This document shows, one piece after another, positions 10,209 through 19,122 of a DNA stretch of 64,000 nucleotides (its first letter is position 1; each line of letters begins with the position of its first letter). The notes below the pieces were generated by a model that was not told where the DNA came from, did not search any database, and saw nothing but the letters and a program-made list of their open reading frames with translations. This DNA comes from Gemmatimonadota bacterium (GTDB lineage: Bacteria; Gemmatimonadota; Gemmatimonadetes; Palauibacterales; Palauibacteraceae). Position numbers and translations under genes: made by a program. Location: positions 33,608 through 97,607 of the forward strand of contig JBHIAV010000006.1 of the NCBI GenBank assembly GCA_046758745.1, read 5' to 3'.

Positions 10209-11208
10209 CCCTCTTCCTCTCACTCTGGTCGTCCCCGGCCGCTTCCGCGAGACCGCGTAGGTGCGCGACGACATTGCGGCCGAGCTCAGGTGGATTGTAA
10301 CCGCCCTCCAGCAGCGAAACGATACGCCCACCCGTGGTCCGGCGGGTCCGCCGCACCACCTCCAGGGTCAGGTGCCGGAAGTGCGACGCCTCCAGCGTGA
10401 ACCCGCCGAGCGGGTCGTCCGCGGCCGCGTCGAAGCCGGCAGAGACGAGCACGAGGTCCGGCGCGAAGGAGCCGGCCGCTTCGTCGACGGCTTCCAGGAG
10501 GGCCCCGACGTACCGCTCCGGCGGAAGTCCGGGAGGCAGAGGGAGGTTCAGCGTCGTTCCCCAACCCTCGCCGCCGCCGCGCTCTTCCTCCATCCCGGTG
10601 CCGGGATAGAAGGGATGCTGGTGCATCGATAGGTAGTAGACGCTCGGGTCCTCGTAGAAGATCTCCTGCGTTCCGTTCCCGTGGTGCACGTCCCAGTCAA
10701 CGATCAGCACCCGCGTCGCGAGCCCCCTCACGATGGCATCTCGGGCCGCCACTGCCGCGCTGTTCACCACGCAGAAGCCCATGGCGCGATCGCGCGTGGC
10801 ATGGTGGCCGGGCGGCCGCACCGCACAGAAGGCGGCGGTCAACCGGCCCGCGCACACGGCCTGCACCGCATCAACGACGCAGCCGGCCGCCGCGAGCGCC
10901 GCGTCCCACGAGGCAGCCGACACGACTGTGTCCGGATCCAGTCGGAGCACCGCATCCTCGCGCCGCGCGCGCTCGACCGTTGCCCGCACCCGTTCCAGGT
11001 AATCGCCGTCGTGCACCGTCGCGAGGACGGCAGGAGCGATCGGCCGGCCCTGCACGGGCTGCACCGCTTCCGCCAGCTCCGGGAGAGCCGCCTCCACGGC
11101 CTGCATCACGGCGCGCAGCCGCCCCTGATGCTCCGGATGTCCCCACCCCGTGTCGTGCAGGCTGCAGCTCTCGTGGGTGTAAAGGCCGATCCTCGGCACC
11201 TGACTCAC
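10162..11208 (-). CDS. Histone deacetylase family protein (Zn-dependent amidohydrolase)
   Basis: HPE, RPPGHHA, AMGFC, DWDVHHGNGTQ, FYPGTG, SAGFDA, LEGGY. Confidence 0.95.
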   Translation of the reverse strand: MSQVPRIGLYTHESCSLHDTGWGHPEHQGRLRAVMQAVEAALPELAEAVQPVQGRPIAPAVLATVHDGDYLERVRATVERARREDAVLRLDPDTVVSAASWDAALAAAGCVVDAVQAVCAGRLTAAFCAVRPPGHHATRDRAMGFCVVNSAAVAARDAIVRGLATRVLIVDWDVHHGNGTQEIFYEDPSVYYLSMHQHPFYPGTGMEEERGGGEGWGTTLNLPLPPGLPPERYVGALLEAVDEAAGSFAPDLVLVSAGFDAAADDPLGGFTLEASHFRHLTLEVVRRTRRTTGGRIVSLLEGGYNPPELGRNVVAHLRGLAEAAGDDQSERKRGEGQTRRGFSERGGA

Positions 11209-11393
11209 CTCCGATCTGCTGGAGAAGGCGGCGGCGGCGAGCGCGAAGACCGCGGTTGATCCGCTGCGGGCGGGCTCCTAGCTTCCCCGTGGGTCGCTCC
11301 CCCCGGAGAACAGGAAGGCACAATCTACATCGCGAACCCGCTCGGTCCACGGCCGGCCATCCGCGCCGGCGGCTGCGCCACTCGCGGGAGTAA

Positions 11394-12407
11394 ATGAGGC
11401 TCGGCCGCGCGCTCCTGCCGGCCTGTGCAGCAGCGTCGCTCCTCAGCGCCGCGTGCAAGGTCGAGTTCGGTGGCGCGAGCTTCGCCCTCGAGAACCCGGC
11501 GCCGCCACCGGCGCCGACTCCCGAGGCCCCTGCCGAGGACACGGCCGCCGCGCCGATTCCACTCCCCGAAGGCCCGCTGCTGTACGTCGCGCGATTCGCG
11601 ACGGCCGGCGATCGCGCGCTGGTGCTGCCGATCGTGCGCGTGACGACCGATGGGATCGCCGACCTGGAGCTTCCCGGCGCCCTCCCGGCCGACTTCCGGG
11701 CGCGCTTCGACTCGGCCTTCCTCCGCCCGGGGGCCGAGCTGGCCCTTCATGCCGGCGGAGAGCGGATCGGCTCGCTCGTCCTCGCCGAACGCCGGATCAT
11801 CCTGGGGGACGGCTGCCCGTCCGCAGCGGAAGCCCATGTCCTCGTGCCTCCCGGGGGACGCGCTCCGAGCTTCGGACTCGCCGTTCCCCTGGACGTTGCC
11901 GCCGCGCCGCCGGTCCGCTTCGCACCGAGCGAGCCGGACAGGCGAATGCTCAGGTATGCCCCCATCCTCGCGGAGAGACTGCTCCGCGAGGCGGGCGAGC
12001 GGAGGCCCTTCCTGGCGCGCAGGGTCCGGCTCGCTACCGTGCGCTTCCAGAGAGACGAAGCGCCCGGGATCGCCGCCACCTACCTGATCGGAGACACGCT
12101 TGCCCCCGTGGCGCCCGCCGGCGAGGCGGTGTCGCTCTTCTACCTCGCTCGCTTCGAGCCGGCACGCGGCTACGTGCCGGCATGGTCGATCGTGCGACGT
12201 TACACCTCACCCGCCGAAAAAGAGGCCTATGCCTTCCTCGACTGGGTCGCGCTGCCGTCAGGTCGCATCGACTTCCTCACGCTGTTCAATGGCGCGGCGC
12301 GGCGGCTGGCGGCGAGCGCGGCATCGGTGGGGGAGCGGCGGATCGACTGGAGGGAGCCTGCCGGATGCCCGTCCCCGCAGCTGATGAAGGGAGCGCTGGG
12401 GGGATAG
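11394..12407 (+). CDS. Hypothetical lipoprotein
   Basis: SD GGGAG, signal peptide ending LSAAC, Pro-rich linker, 337 aa. Confidence 0.75.
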   Translation: MRLGRALLPACAAASLLSAACKVEFGGASFALENPAPPPAPTPEAPAEDTAAAPIPLPEGPLLYVARFATAGDRALVLPIVRVTTDGIADLELPGALPADFRARFDSAFLRPGAELALHAGGERIGSLVLAERRIILGDGCPSAAEAHVLVPPGGRAPSFGLAVPLDVAAAPPVRFAPSEPDRRMLRYAPILAERLLREAGERRPFLARRVRLATVRFQRDEAPGIAATYLIGDTLAPVAPAGEAVSLFYLARFEPARGYVPAWSIVRRYTSPAEKEAYAFLDWVALPSGRIDFLTLFNGAARRLAASAASVGERRIDWREPAGCPSPQLMKGALGG

Positions 12408-12431
12408 ACGGCGGGTCGACCCTGCGGCGAG

Positions 12432-13322
12432 TCAGGCGGCGGCGAAGCTCCGCAGCACGCTACCCATCGGTCCTCGACGGAGCTCGCTGAGCGCCCGGTC
12501 GCGCAGCTGGCGAACGCGCTCGCGCGTCACGCCGAGCAGCTGTCCGATCTCCTCGAGCGTGTGCTCGTCCTCGCCCTGCAAGCCGTAGTACAGACGGATC
12601 ACCCGCGCGTCCCGCGGTCGAAGCTCCTGCAGGGCGCGAGCGACGTGATCCTGAAGGAGTCGGGCTTCGAGCGATTCTTCGACGCTCGTCTCGTCGACCA
12701 GGAATCGCTGGTGCAGCTCGTTGTCATCCGTACCGCCGACCGGCGCATCGAGCCGCACCTCGGCCACATTGAGGGCGAGGAGCATCTCGACCGTGAGCAC
12801 ATCCAGTCCAGACACCTCCGCCATCTCGCGCGGCGTGGGATCCCGGCGCAGCGATTGCTTGAGTTCCTCGCGCACGCGCAGCACGCGCCCCAGCTCGGTA
12901 GCCCGATTGAGGGGAAGGCGTACCGACCGCCCCTGCTTCGCAAGCGCAGCGAGAATCGCTTGCCGTATCCACCATACGGCGTAGCTGATGAACTTCACGC
13001 CCTGATCCGGATCGAATTTCTGCGCCGCGGTTACGAGGCCTACGTTCCCCTCCTGGATGAGGTCGGCGAACGCCATCCCGCGATTCTGATATCTCTTGGC
13101 GACCGAGATGACGAAGCGGAGGTTCGAGCGGACGAGTGTCTCCAGCGCCTTCCCATCGCCCGACCGGGCGAGGCGCGCGATGCGATCTTCCTGGTCGGGA
13201 TCCAGGAGGGGATAGCGGCTCAGGTCATCGAGATACAGGTCTATAGCGCTCGGGCTGTCCTGCACGAGCGCCGGGGTCCGGCTTCCTCTACCATCAAGCG
13301 GCATTGTGGACGCGGAACTCAC
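12432..13322 (-). CDS. RNA polymerase sigma-70 family factor (RpoD/SigA family, no region 1.1)
   Basis: NLRFVISVAKRY, DLIQEGNVGL, KFISYAVWWIRQAI, TLEEIG...VTRERVRQ. Confidence 0.95.
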   Translation of the reverse strand: MSSASTMPLDGRGSRTPALVQDSPSAIDLYLDDLSRYPLLDPDQEDRIARLARSGDGKALETLVRSNLRFVISVAKRYQNRGMAFADLIQEGNVGLVTAAQKFDPDQGVKFISYAVWWIRQAILAALAKQGRSVRLPLNRATELGRVLRVREELKQSLRRDPTPREMAEVSGLDVLTVEMLLALNVAEVRLDAPVGGTDDNELHQRFLVDETSVEESLEARLLQDHVARALQELRPRDARVIRLYYGLQGEDEHTLEEIGQLLGVTRERVRQLRDRALSELRRGPMGSVLRSFAAA

Positions 13323-13396
13323 TTCCGAACCAGGTGTCGCCGTCCGGTCGCGCCTCCCGCCGGTCCCCGAGCACGGTCGCCGGACGCCGCTGCGCG

Positions 13397-13425
13397 ATAA
13401 TAGGACCCGCTTCGGAACGCGTCAA
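13397..13425 (-). promoter_or_regulatory. Putative sigma-70 promoter of the sigma factor gene
   Basis: Minus strand TTGACG-17 nt-TATTAT. Confidence 0.65.
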
Positions 13426-13675
13426 TGAGTTTCGTCGACCGATTATCGTTATCCGCTCGCGCCCATCTCTCCGTGGGCTCCGACGGTTGTGCCGACCAGC
13501 TCCCGGCCCTCGAGCCTGTCTTGCCCGTGGCCGGATTCCGGCGGGCCTGACGGTCACAGCGGGGCCGCCGAACGGCTTGTCGGCCGGGCTCTTCACGGGT
13601 AGATAACGTCGGTCGACGCGGTTCCCCGTCCGCGCGGCGTCGAGAGGGACCTCGCCGGGCCAGACCGAGGAGGAG

Positions 13676-14425
13676 ATGGGGAAGATTCGTTGGACCCACG
13701 CCGCACTCAGCGACGTCGGGCGACTGCGCAGCGGAAACGAAGATGCCGTTTTCGCCGAACCGAAGGCCGGCGTGTTCGTGGTCGCCGACGGCATGGGCGG
13801 ACACGCGGCGGGAGAGGTGGCGAGTGCCATCGCCACCCGAGCCATAGGCGCTCGCCTTTGCTCGCTCTCCGCGACCTGCTCCCTTCAACAGGCCCGCGGA
13901 TCCATACATGAGGCGTTCGTGGATGCCGGGGACCAGATCGTTCAAGAAGCGCGCGAGAACCCGGCCCACGAGGGCATGGGAACGACCGCCACCGTTCTCG
14001 TGCTCGGACCCGAGGACCGGTACGTGGTGGGACACATAGGGGACAGCCGGGGCTATCTGTTCCGGGATGGAGAGCTGCGCCAGATCACCCGCGACCACTC
14101 GTGGGTCCAGGAGCAGGTGGACCGCGGCGCGATCAGCCGTGAGCAGGCGCGTTTCCATCCGCAGTCGAACATCATAACGAGAGCGCTCGGCACCGCAGAG
14201 ATCCCGTGGCCGGACGTGTACGACGGCCAAGCCAAGCCCGGCGACATCTTCCTGGTGGCGAGCGACGGCCTCACCGACATGCTTCCGGAGGAGCGTATCG
14301 CGGAGATCCTGCGCTCCGGCCGGACACCGAAGGAGATGGCGGTGAAGCTGGTGGACGAAGCCAACCTGGCCGGCGGTATCGACAACATCACCGTTCTCGT
14401 GGTGGCCGTCGAAGAGGCCTCGTAG
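13676..14425 (+). CDS. PP2C-type Ser/Thr protein phosphatase (Stp1/IreP family)
   Basis: SDVGRLRSGNED, VADGMGGH, MGTT, HIGDSR, TRDHS, SDGLTD, GGIDNIT; SD GAGGAGGAG. Confidence 0.95.
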   Translation: MGKIRWTHAALSDVGRLRSGNEDAVFAEPKAGVFVVADGMGGHAAGEVASAIATRAIGARLCSLSATCSLQQARGSIHEAFVDAGDQIVQEARENPAHEGMGTTATVLVLGPEDRYVVGHIGDSRGYLFRDGELRQITRDHSWVQEQVDRGAISREQARFHPQSNIITRALGTAEIPWPDVYDGQAKPGDIFLVASDGLTDMLPEERIAEILRSGRTPKEMAVKLVDEANLAGGIDNITVLVVAVEEAS

Positions 14426-14444
14426 GGCGGCCTGGCCCACCATC

Positions 14445-15773
14445 TCAGGAGAGTGGCCGATCCTCATCCAGGCGGGCGGCCACGCCGGATGCGGAGTCCT
14501 CCAGCAGCTCAAGGATCGGTCGGGGGTCCTTGGGACTCATCGTCTCCAGGGCGAAGATTCGAAACACGCGGGTCGTATGGAGCAGGGACTGACTGAGCCG
14601 GGGAAGATCGATCAGCCCTTCCTCTCCAGTCGAGGTGAGTCGGCGGACCTCGCCGCGCCGACGCACGAGCAGGAGGTGTAGCCGCAGCATGCGCGGGTCC
14701 GTCGGATAGTCCAGGATCACCGAGCCACCTGCGAGCCCCCACTCCCGTGCCAGCCGGTCCTCCAGCCGGCGCACCAGCTCGGGGTGGGTCTCCACCCAGG
14801 GCGCTCCCCCGCTCGGGAGGTCGTCACCGAACAGTTCCAGCACCCTCTTCGGGAGCCTGCGATCGACCAGCGCGGCGAGGAGCGCACGCAGAATCGGCGG
14901 CCCGGTCCCGTTCTCCAGCCTCCTCGCAAGGAGGTTCATCAGCTCCTCATCGGTGCGACCCGGGAGCTCCTCCCGCTCCAGCGCTCGGCACGCGAGGGCG
15001 CGCTCGACCAGCCGGCGGAAGGCGGCGGTGGCAGCCCGCACCGTGTGATGCCAGTACACGTTGCGGAACATCTGGTACTTCGAGAAGAGAAGCGACTCCA
15101 GCGCGCTGATTCCCTTCTCAGTGACGGCGACCTCCAGTGGGGCTTCGGGCACCTCGCGAGCCAGCGTAAGCGAATCCAGCAGCCGTTCCACGTCTACCGC
15201 TCCGTACGGGACGCCGCAGAACAAGCTGTCACGCCGCAGGTAGTCGATCTTGTCCAGATCGAGAGAGCCGGACACGAGCCCCTGCAGCGGATGCCGCGAA
15301 CGGCCCCGGATCAGCTCGGCAATGCGGGAGGGGGCCTCCGGGTGCACACCCTCCAGAGCCGCTCGAATAGGCGGCGCTTCGAGGAATCGAGCCGCCACCT
15401 CTTCGTGGTGACCCGGGATCGACTCGGGCTCCAGCTCCTCCATGGCGTGCGAAAAGGCGTAGTGCCCGACGTCGTGCAGGAGCGCGGCGAGCCGCACGAC
15501 CGGGATCTCTGCCCGCTCATCGGCGCTCAGCTTCTCCAGGGCACCCGACCGTCCGAGCGTCTCGATCGCGCGGCGCGTCAGGTGATAGACGCCAAGGGCG
15601 TGCAGGAAGCGGGTGTGGACCGCGCCGGGGTAGGCCAGGTGAGCGAAGCCGAGCTGCTTGACGCGGCGAAGCCGCTGGAACTGTGGCGCGTCCACGATGG
15701 CGGCCGCAACGGGGTCGAGCGGGATGTTCTGCCATACCGGATCCCGGACGGTCCGGGCGCGGGGCGCCGCCAT
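14445..15773 (-). CDS. HD-domain phosphohydrolase (SAMHD1/dNTPase-like family)
   Basis: RDPVW, FQRLRRVKQLG, YPGAVHTRFLHALG, LLHDVGH, LDLDKIDYLRRD, VYWHH; ATG 15773. Confidence 0.9.
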   Translation of the reverse strand: MAAPRARTVRDPVWQNIPLDPVAAAIVDAPQFQRLRRVKQLGFAHLAYPGAVHTRFLHALGVYHLTRRAIETLGRSGALEKLSADERAEIPVVRLAALLHDVGHYAFSHAMEELEPESIPGHHEEVAARFLEAPPIRAALEGVHPEAPSRIAELIRGRSRHPLQGLVSGSLDLDKIDYLRRDSLFCGVPYGAVDVERLLDSLTLAREVPEAPLEVAVTEKGISALESLLFSKYQMFRNVYWHHTVRAATAAFRRLVERALACRALEREELPGRTDEELMNLLARRLENGTGPPILRALLAALVDRRLPKRVLELFGDDLPSGGAPWVETHPELVRRLEDRLAREWGLAGGSVILDYPTDPRMLRLHLLLVRRRGEVRRLTSTGEEGLIDLPRLSQSLLHTTRVFRIFALETMSPKDPRPILELLEDSASGVAARLDEDRPLS

Positions 15774-15777
15774 CCCC

Positions 15778-16345
15778 TCAGCCTCGAGCCGCCCGCTCGC
15801 CCCGGCGCTCTTCGGCGTCCACCACGCTGATCGCCGCCAGGTCCGCGATGTCCTGCCCGCCGGCGCCCCGCTGGAGAATGTGCGCCGGCTTCGCCATGCC
15901 AAGCAGGAGGGGCCCGATCGCCTCCGCGCCGCCCAGCCGGCTGAGGAGCTTGTAGGCGAGAAGCTTGTTGACCTGGTTCGGATAGTCGGATCGGCCGGTC
16001 GTCATGATCTCGTCGTCGCGCACCGTCTGCAGCTCCTGGGGCATGATCTCATCGTGCGGGTCGGCCATGGCGAAGAGGATGGGCCGTTCCGCCATCGAGG
16101 CCACCAGTGTCGCCGCTAAGCACGCCCGCTACGGAAAGGCCCACGAAAACGTCGGCACCGCGTATCACCTCCGCCAGGGTGCAGGCCTTCGTCTGCCGCG
16201 CGAATCGGGCCTTGTAGCGGTCCATCTCCTCCTTCCGTCCCTCGCACACCACGCCGAGGCGGTCCACCATTGTGATGTTGTCGAGCCGAACCGCCAAGCT
16301 GACGTAATGGTTCGCCGTGGCCACGGCGAGCCCTCCCGCGATGGC
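15778..16345 (-). pseudogene. maeB: Degraded NADP-dependent malic enzyme (MaeB) remnant: 5'-truncated, frameshifted, internally deleted
   Basis: ATANHYVSL..NITMVD..GV...GADVFVGLSVAG, then a frameshift near 16108, then SMAERPILFAMADP..EI...TGRSDYPNQVN fused directly to the PTA-domain C-terminus LAYKLLSRLGGAEAIGPLLLGMAKPAHILQRG. Confidence 0.85.
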
Positions 16346-16503
16346 AAGCCCACGCCCGCCCCGCATGGGGCCGTCCACCCCCGTTGCGCCGCGGCAGCAG
16401 CGAGCTGCCCCGCGTACGGCATCGCCACCTGCTTGACACCCCCGAAGAGCGAGGAAACTTTCTGTCTCGGATTCGACTCCCGACCCCAGCGCCCGGAGGC
16501 GCC

Positions 16504-16902
16504 TTGGAGATCAAGCACGACCTCATGATCCATCTCGGGTACGGGAAGTACTGGCGCTCGGATGAGATCGTCGGTCTCCTCCCGATCGAAGAGGGGCGCG
16601 GTCCCGGCCGCCGCACCGAGGTGTACGTGGCCAGCCGCGAGGAGCCGATCGTGGCGTCGCGCTCCGAGCAGACGATCCTTCAGGACATGGCCTCCCTCCC
16701 CGACGAGCTCGCCCGCGCCACGGAGGCGCGCTCCCTGGTGGAGGACCTTCTCGAGGAGCTGAGCGAGCTCTCGCCCGTGCTCCGGAGGATGCTCCGCAAC
16801 GAGGGAGGGATCGATGTGGAGTTCTGGACCCGCCGGTTTGGTCAGCTTCTGAACCCCGAGGAGCCGGTCTCGCCGCAGGAGGATCTCTTTCCGAGAGACT
16901 GA
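16504..16902 (+). CDS. Hypothetical protein, N-terminus resembles RemA/DUF370-like fold
   Basis: SD GGAGG before TTG 16504 (alternative ATG 16525); IHLGYGKY..SDEIVGL...GRRTEVYV....PIVASRSEQTI. Confidence 0.7.
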   Translation: MEIKHDLMIHLGYGKYWRSDEIVGLLPIEEGRGPGRRTEVYVASREEPIVASRSEQTILQDMASLPDELARATEARSLVEDLLEELSELSPVLRRMLRNEGGIDVEFWTRRFGQLLNPEEPVSPQEDLFPRD

Positions 16903-16940
16903 GCCGGAACGCGCCTCCGCGCCCCCGGTACACATCTCCC

Positions 16941-19100
16941 GTGCAGACATTCCCGAATATCCCGCCTCGACCGGCGCGGCGAATCGCCGGTCAGGGGCGG
17001 AAAGTCACTCTGCGCTCCCGGTGCGGGGGGCGCTCGCTGCCGATCCTGGCGTGGCTGCTCCTGGCAGGGTGGGCCGGGGCGCCGCATGCCGACGCCGCGG
17101 CCCAGGAGTGCCCGTCGGCGGCGGCCGAGACCGTGGAGGCGGGCTGGAACTCGGCGCGCGCGCTGGAGATCGCTGCCTCGGCCATCAGGGCGCGGCGCCA
17201 TACCTTCGCCGACAGCTCCCTCCAAGCGTTCCGGGCGCGCGCGGAAGGCCACGTGCTCTTTCTGGCCGACCTCGGCGAGCTGGCCGGACAGCAGCTCATC
17301 CGAGCCGACCAGGTGGCGCTTCAGGTGGCCTGGCAGGCCCCGAGACGCTCGCTCCAGTGGATCGTCGGGCGGCGGTACATGAACCGCTTTCCCTCGCGGA
17401 TTCGCTATCACATCGACCACATCAGCCTCGTGCTCGACAACTTCAGCGACCGCATAGAGATCGGAGAGGGCGAGGAGGTACGCGATGTCCTCCACCCTGC
17501 GGCGCCGGGGGCTCTGGACATGTACCAGTACCGCCTGGTGGACTCGTTGGGGATCGAGATACTGGGGGACCTCACCAGGGTGTACCGTCTGGAGCTGCGT
17601 CCGGCGTGCTCGGCCGCGGCCGGGGCGGTCGGCACGATGGACGTGGATCGCGATTCGCGTGCGATAGCCCGGCTCGCGCTGACCTTCACCCGGGCGTCGT
17701 ATGTCGACCCCTCGGTCGACTACGTGAGCGTGGAGCTGGAGTCGGGGCACTTCGGCCGACGGTACTGGCTCCCCGTCGAGCAGCGGGTGGAGATTCGAAG
17801 GCAGGTGAATTGGCTCGACTTCCCGCTCGGCGGGATCATCCGCACCCGGTTCCGTATCCTGGAGTACGACCTGAACCCGCAGATCCGGCCCCGCCTCCGC
17901 CCGGGCAACCGGGTGGCCAGTCTGCCCGACACCGTCGTGGAGCGCTTCGCGGGTTGGGAGACCGGTCTGCTCGCCGGGCCTCTCGAGGAGCAGTGGAGGG
18001 ACTCCGTCTCCCTGGAGGAGGTGCGGCGGCGCGCGCTCGCCATCGTGGGGGGGCGTTATCTCGGTGGCAACGCCCGCCTGCGCGGCTATCTCCCGGACAT
18101 CTCGGGGGCCGTGCGTGGCCGACGCGCGGAGGGGCTCCTCCTGGGGGCCGGGCTCCGCTACATGCTGGACGGACGGAGCGACCTGACCGGATGGGCCGGC
18201 TATCCCCTTGCCAGGGAGCGGCTGGAGTGGCGTCTCGCCTACCGTCGCTCGATCGGGCGATCGGAAGTGCGGCTCGAAGGATTCGACGACCTTCACACCG
18301 ATATCGGGCCGTTTGTGGCGGCGACCGGCGTCGTCTCGAGCTTCGGCCTCGTCATCCGGGGAGAGGACTTCGTGGACCCGTACTTCCGCGACGGCGCGAC
18401 GCTGACGGTCACCCATCCCCTGTGGGGCGGGCGCGGATCCGCGGGGCTCTCGTACGAAGAGCACAGCTCGGGCTCGCTCGTGGCGGATCCGATCGGCGGC
18501 GTGGACCCCCGGCCGGTGAGGCCGATTCGGGACGGAGAGGGGCTCCGGCTGGAGCTCGGATTCGACCGCTCTCTGGGGGAGGCGCTCTCCGCGGCATGGA
18601 CGATCCGGGCGCGCGCGGAGCTCGCCGCGCCAGGCGACTTCGATTACACGAGGTGGATCGTCACGGCCAAGGCCCAGCCCCCGGCCAACGGGATGATGAG
18701 GGAGTGGGAGGCGACCCTGGGCGCCGGGATCGTCACCGGATCGCTCCCGCCGCAGCGCCTCCTCCTGCTCGGCGGGCGAGGCACGGTGCCCGGCTACCCA
18801 TTCCGCGAGTGGGGAGGCAACCTCGCGGCCTTCATCAACGCGGGCATGGCGGTGGTGTCCTTCGATCCGTGGGTGCGGCTGCGCGCCATCGCCGCAGCAG
18901 GGTGGGCGGAGCTGACCTCGGCGGGGCGGGAGGCCGCAGCCGCGCTTGGGGTCGAGAGCTCCGGCGGGATCCGCGCCTCGGCCGGCGCCGGCGTGGGACT
19001 GCTGTACGACCTCCTGAGAGTCGAGGCGGCTCGCGGGCTGGACGACGGCACATGGGAGTGGATGGTCTCGGTGAACCCCACGCTCCGCCTACCCCTGTAG
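16941..19100 (+). CDS. Outer-membrane protein, N-terminal periplasmic domain plus C-terminal beta-barrel (DUF5686/BamA-TamA-like)
   Basis: Signal peptide; LGGRGTVPGY motif; amphipathic beta-strands near the C-terminus. Confidence 0.7.
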   Translation: MQTFPNIPPRPARRIAGQGRKVTLRSRCGGRSLPILAWLLLAGWAGAPHADAAAQECPSAAAETVEAGWNSARALEIAASAIRARRHTFADSSLQAFRARAEGHVLFLADLGELAGQQLIRADQVALQVAWQAPRRSLQWIVGRRYMNRFPSRIRYHIDHISLVLDNFSDRIEIGEGEEVRDVLHPAAPGALDMYQYRLVDSLGIEILGDLTRVYRLELRPACSAAAGAVGTMDVDRDSRAIARLALTFTRASYVDPSVDYVSVELESGHFGRRYWLPVEQRVEIRRQVNWLDFPLGGIIRTRFRILEYDLNPQIRPRLRPGNRVASLPDTVVERFAGWETGLLAGPLEEQWRDSVSLEEVRRRALAIVGGRYLGGNARLRGYLPDISGAVRGRRAEGLLLGAGLRYMLDGRSDLTGWAGYPLARERLEWRLAYRRSIGRSEVRLEGFDDLHTDIGPFVAATGVVSSFGLVIRGEDFVDPYFRDGATLTVTHPLWGGRGSAGLSYEEHSSGSLVADPIGGVDPRPVRPIRDGEGLRLELGFDRSLGEALSAAWTIRARAELAAPGDFDYTRWIVTAKAQPPANGMMREWEATLGAGIVTGSLPPQRLLLLGGRGTVPGYPFREWGGNLAAFINAGMAVVSFDPWVRLRAIAAAGWAELTSAGREAAAALGVESSGGIRASAGAGVGLLYDLLRVEAARGLDDGTWEWMVSVNPTLRLPL

Positions 19101-19122
19101 CCGTCGACTCCGCGGAGACCGC

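Noticed and set aside
15961-15966. HindIII site at the maeB deletion junction implying an engineered deletion
   Set aside because: Multiple additional decay mutations and codon microhomology explain the junction naturally
16430-16495. tRNA/tmRNA-like T-arm (TCGGATTCGACTCCCGA)
   Set aside because: Mismatched stem, no acceptor stem, anticodon arm or CCA; it lies in a likely promoter/5' UTR
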